This document shows, one piece after another, positions 1-1,229 of a stretch of 1,229 bases of DNA. The position numbers were made by a program, and so were the translations under genes. This DNA is from Naegleria gruberi (lineage: Eukaryota): the NCBI GenBank assembly GCA_000004985.1, contig GG739490.1; one strand, written 5' to 3'. Under the pieces are notes generated by a model. It was not told the DNA's origin and made no database searches. It worked only from the letters and a program-made list of their open reading frames with translations. Numbering within the stretch: the first letter of the stretch is position 1; each line of letters starts with the position of its first letter.

Positions 1-23
1 TTTTGTGTTGTTGTATGCGAGTT

Positions 24-30
24 TATAAAA
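24..30 (+). promoter_or_regulatory. TATA-box-like motif TATAAAA; function unproven
   Basis: Positions 24-30 match TATAAAA exactly. In DNA this AT-rich such matches arise by chance (another is TTTATAAAAA at 396-405). No transcription start or downstream gene start can be tied to it. Confidence 0.1.
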
Positions 31-288
31 AGCCTCTGAGAGGGAGAAAAATCTTGTTAATTTTTTCTCTTTTTGCTTTTTTATTTTTAAACATTAAATT
101 TTGGCTGAATTTGAGTACATGTATTTTACACCGAATCTTTTAGAATATTATTTTGGGCCGAAGTAAAATTGGGTGACTTAATAAAAAAATTAATTACCCA
201 AAAAGTATAAGTATTCACATTGTGATATTTTGAAATTAGGCAGTAAAACACCCATTGATGGATTGTATGAAAAATCATTTGATGAAAG

Positions 289-463
289 ATTTATTTCGGG
301 ATTTAATAAATAAATAATTAATATTAAAAATAATTCAAAATAGGACGTGATGATTTACTCACTTATTTCAGTGTTTGGTTCAGCACGGTTTCAATTTTAT
401 AAAAATTCACATGTTTTTAATTATTAATATAATTGATTTCCCGAGCCAAACGCCGAAATAAAT
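289..463. repeat. Inverted repeat: atttatttcggg (289-300) against gccgaaataaat (452-463), 11 contiguous complementary bases and 11/12 overall, enclosing 152 bp of very AT-rich DNA
   Basis: Direct reading shows the reverse complement of 289-300 is cccgaaataaat, and 452-463 reads gccgaaataaat. A second shorter complementary copy (tttcccga, 437-444) pairs with tttcggga (294-301). No target-site duplication is evident at the outer edges. Confidence 0.45.
301..335. repeat. Pure A/T low-complexity tract containing a (TAAA)n-like simple repeat (taaataaataa, 307-317)
   Basis: Positions 301-335 are a 35-nt run of only A and T, read directly from the sequence. The tract taaa-taaa-taa lies at 307-317. 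Confidence 0.6.
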
Positions 464-695
464 GACTTGTAATTGTTGCAAAGTGGCATGTCAAAAAGTA
501 GGTCGATAATTTTTTTCAAGTGTTTTCAATGCAATGTTCTTTTTGTTCAAGACATGATGTTATCTTCCTGAAAGTGCATTATATCCCACCAGTCAGATTC
601 TGCCTTGTTTTTACATTGGTTCACTATCCACTAACAATCTTTCATAGTTTGAAATGCTTCTCCAGTACTTTCTGTCTTTTCTAACTTGACTGAAG

Positions 696-1031
696 TTGAA
701 TACATTCCAAAGATTCAAACCCTTGTTCAAGGAGCTAAAAGACAACAGGGTTCAGTTGGAGAAACAGCAAATATATGAAACATATCCTGTCTTGAATGCT
801 TCCACTCTACAACTAGAAGAAACAATAGCTCTAACAAATCCTCCACCACGCCCTCTCCCTCCAAAAATTAGTAAGAATTCGTCTTCGAGAAAGACACATT
901 CATCTTCATCATCGAGTCTGGATTCTCTTGTTCCAGAAAAAAGAAAGAGGAATAAGAGAAGCTATTTACCTGGTGAGAGGAAAATGATCATGTGGAAGTG
1001 GAATAAGGCAACAATAAAAGAAGGTCTGTGA
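696..1031 (+). CDS. ORF of unknown function, probably an exon or exon fragment of a eukaryotic gene. It encodes a low-complexity Ser/Pro/Lys/Arg-rich segment. It has no canonical ATG start, so it is not a complete gene in this window.
   Basis: This is the longest open frame in the window. It is open from the in-frame TGA at 687-689 to the TGA at 1029-1031, about 114 codons. The first in-frame ATG is at 984-986, so the TTG start at 696 is a translation-table-11 artefact. A rough estimate gives about 7% stop codons per random codon at this base composition. A 114-codon stop-free frame is then unlikely by chance, on the order of 1e-4 per frame start, whereas the 63-codon antisense ORF is not. 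The codon-level composition looks coding: a TCN serine run at 893-917, a CCN proline run at 841-862, and AAR/AGR basic codons at 935-961. GC is higher here (about 40-45%) than upstream (about 21-25%). The translation (PPPRPLPP, SSSRKTHSSSSSS, KRKRNKR) is typical of a disordered eukaryotic nuclear protein region. I recognise no domain. Confidence 0.4.
   Translation: MNTFQRFKPLFKELKDNRVQLEKQQIYETYPVLNASTLQLEETIALTNPPPRPLPPKISKNSSSRKTHSSSSSSLDSLVPEKRKRNKRSYLPGERKMIMWKWNKATIKEGL
935..961 (+). other. Purine-rich (GA) tract inside the ORF encoding the basic cluster EKRKRNKRS. It is immediately preceded by a polypyrimidine-AG (tctcttgttccag, 924-936) that resembles a 3' splice site.
   Basis: Positions 935-952 are 18 consecutive purines. 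A single T follows at 953, then 8 more purines at 954-961. These translate in the ORF frame as KRKRNKR, which is NLS-like. Confidence 0.5.
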
Positions 1032-1229
1032 TTCTTAAACAGGAGGAGAGGTTTCTTTTTGGAAATGCATTGAGCAATTCATCTTTCAATGCCAGTGTTT
1101 TTAGAAGCAGCCTTTTCATTTTTCGAGCTGTATTTAGAATTGGAATCGCTACTGTTTGATTAATATTGGGGCATAACACCTGATTGGTTTGGTTAATTGG
1201 ATCAACAAATCAACCACATTCTCAATGGA

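Noticed and set aside
171-199. Imperfect hairpin gggtgacttaat / attaattaccc with an A6 loop
   Set aside because: Only about 9 bases pair (gggt plus ttaat) and there is a 2-3 nt bulge. That is too weak to call a terminator or structured element. A rho-independent terminator reading also conflicts with the eukaryotic character of the window.
347-353. GUGAUGA C-box-like motif (also UGAUGA at 280-285) suggesting a C/D box snoRNA
   Set aside because: No CUGA D box lies within about 200 nt downstream (the nearest ctga is at 568-571). No terminal stem flanks the motif. A lone TGATGA hexamer is expected by chance in this window.
289-463. Interpreting the inverted repeat as a MITE (Stowaway/Tourist-like)
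   Set aside because: There is no TA/TAA or other target-site duplication immediately outside the repeat arms. The TIR is only 11-12 bp with a single copy visible. I kept it as a generic inverted repeat.
654-689. In-frame ATG at 654-656 upstream of the main ORF
   Set aside because: It is in the same frame as the ORF but hits TGA at 687-689 after 11 codons (MLLQYFLSFLT). It therefore cannot be the start codon of the 696-1031 ORF. At best it is a tiny uORF.
1013-1018. AATAAA polyadenylation-signal hexamers (also 305-310, 457-462)
   Set aside because: They occur inside an A/T-only simple repeat, or inside the ORF before its stop codon. In DNA of about 30% GC these hexamers are common by chance. 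No downstream GU-rich element or transcript end can be inferred.
984-1023. ATG at 984 with A at -3, followed by an AAG|GTCTGT donor at 1024, as a tiny first coding exon
   Set aside because: It is possible, but it rests entirely on degenerate motifs. The upstream open frame of about 96 codons with coding-like composition is better explained as exon sequence continuing from upstream.
988-1179. Antisense 63-aa ORF (GTG start) overlapping the 3' end of the + strand ORF
   Set aside because: It starts at GTG, which is only meaningful under a bacterial translation table. A stop-free frame of 63 codons is expected about once or twice by chance in six frames at this composition. It shows no coding-like codon periodicity and no recognisable product. 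It is most likely spurious.
1-1218. Weak similarity between the window start (ttgtgttgttgtatg) and the reverse complement of 1201-1218 (tgtggttgatttgttgat), which could hint at terminal inverted repeats
   Set aside because: Both are low-complexity TG/CA-rich strings. The alignment needs several gaps. It is not distinguishable from chance.
1-1229. CRISPR array, tRNA/rRNA, operon or defence-system content
   Set aside because: There are no regularly spaced direct repeats and no cloverleaf-compatible or conserved tRNA segments. There are no clustered ORFs. The sequence properties are eukaryotic. Nothing supports such calls.

Overview
This 1229-bp window is AT-rich (about 30% GC by hand count) and looks like eukaryotic nuclear DNA, not a prokaryotic locus. 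The first ~690 bp have no substantial ORF in any frame. They contain pure A/T runs, a (TAAA)n-like simple repeat, TATA-like motifs and splice-consensus-like motifs (GTAAGA, GGTGAGA, CTAAC, U-rich tracts ending in AG). The one statistically notable ORF runs 690/696-1031 on the + strand. It has no in-frame ATG before codon 97 (the TTG start in the ORF track is a bacterial-code artefact). It encodes a low-complexity Ser/Pro/Lys/Arg-rich peptide with a KRKRNKR basic cluster and a PPPRPLPP motif. It is best read as all or part of an exon of a eukaryotic gene, possibly with a retained 66-nt intron whose length is a multiple of three. GC content rises from about 21-25% upstream of ~540 to about 35-45% downstream, which fits an intergenic/intron-to-exon transition. 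The antisense 63-aa ORF (988-1179) is the size expected by chance. I see no CRISPR array, RNA gene, defence system, operon structure or mobile element that I can support. Other observations are an 11/12-bp inverted repeat enclosing 152 bp of AT-rich DNA, short direct repeats, and purine/pyrimidine tracts. I cannot name the organism or the gene from sequence alone. A BLAST search and RNA-seq evidence would be decisive.
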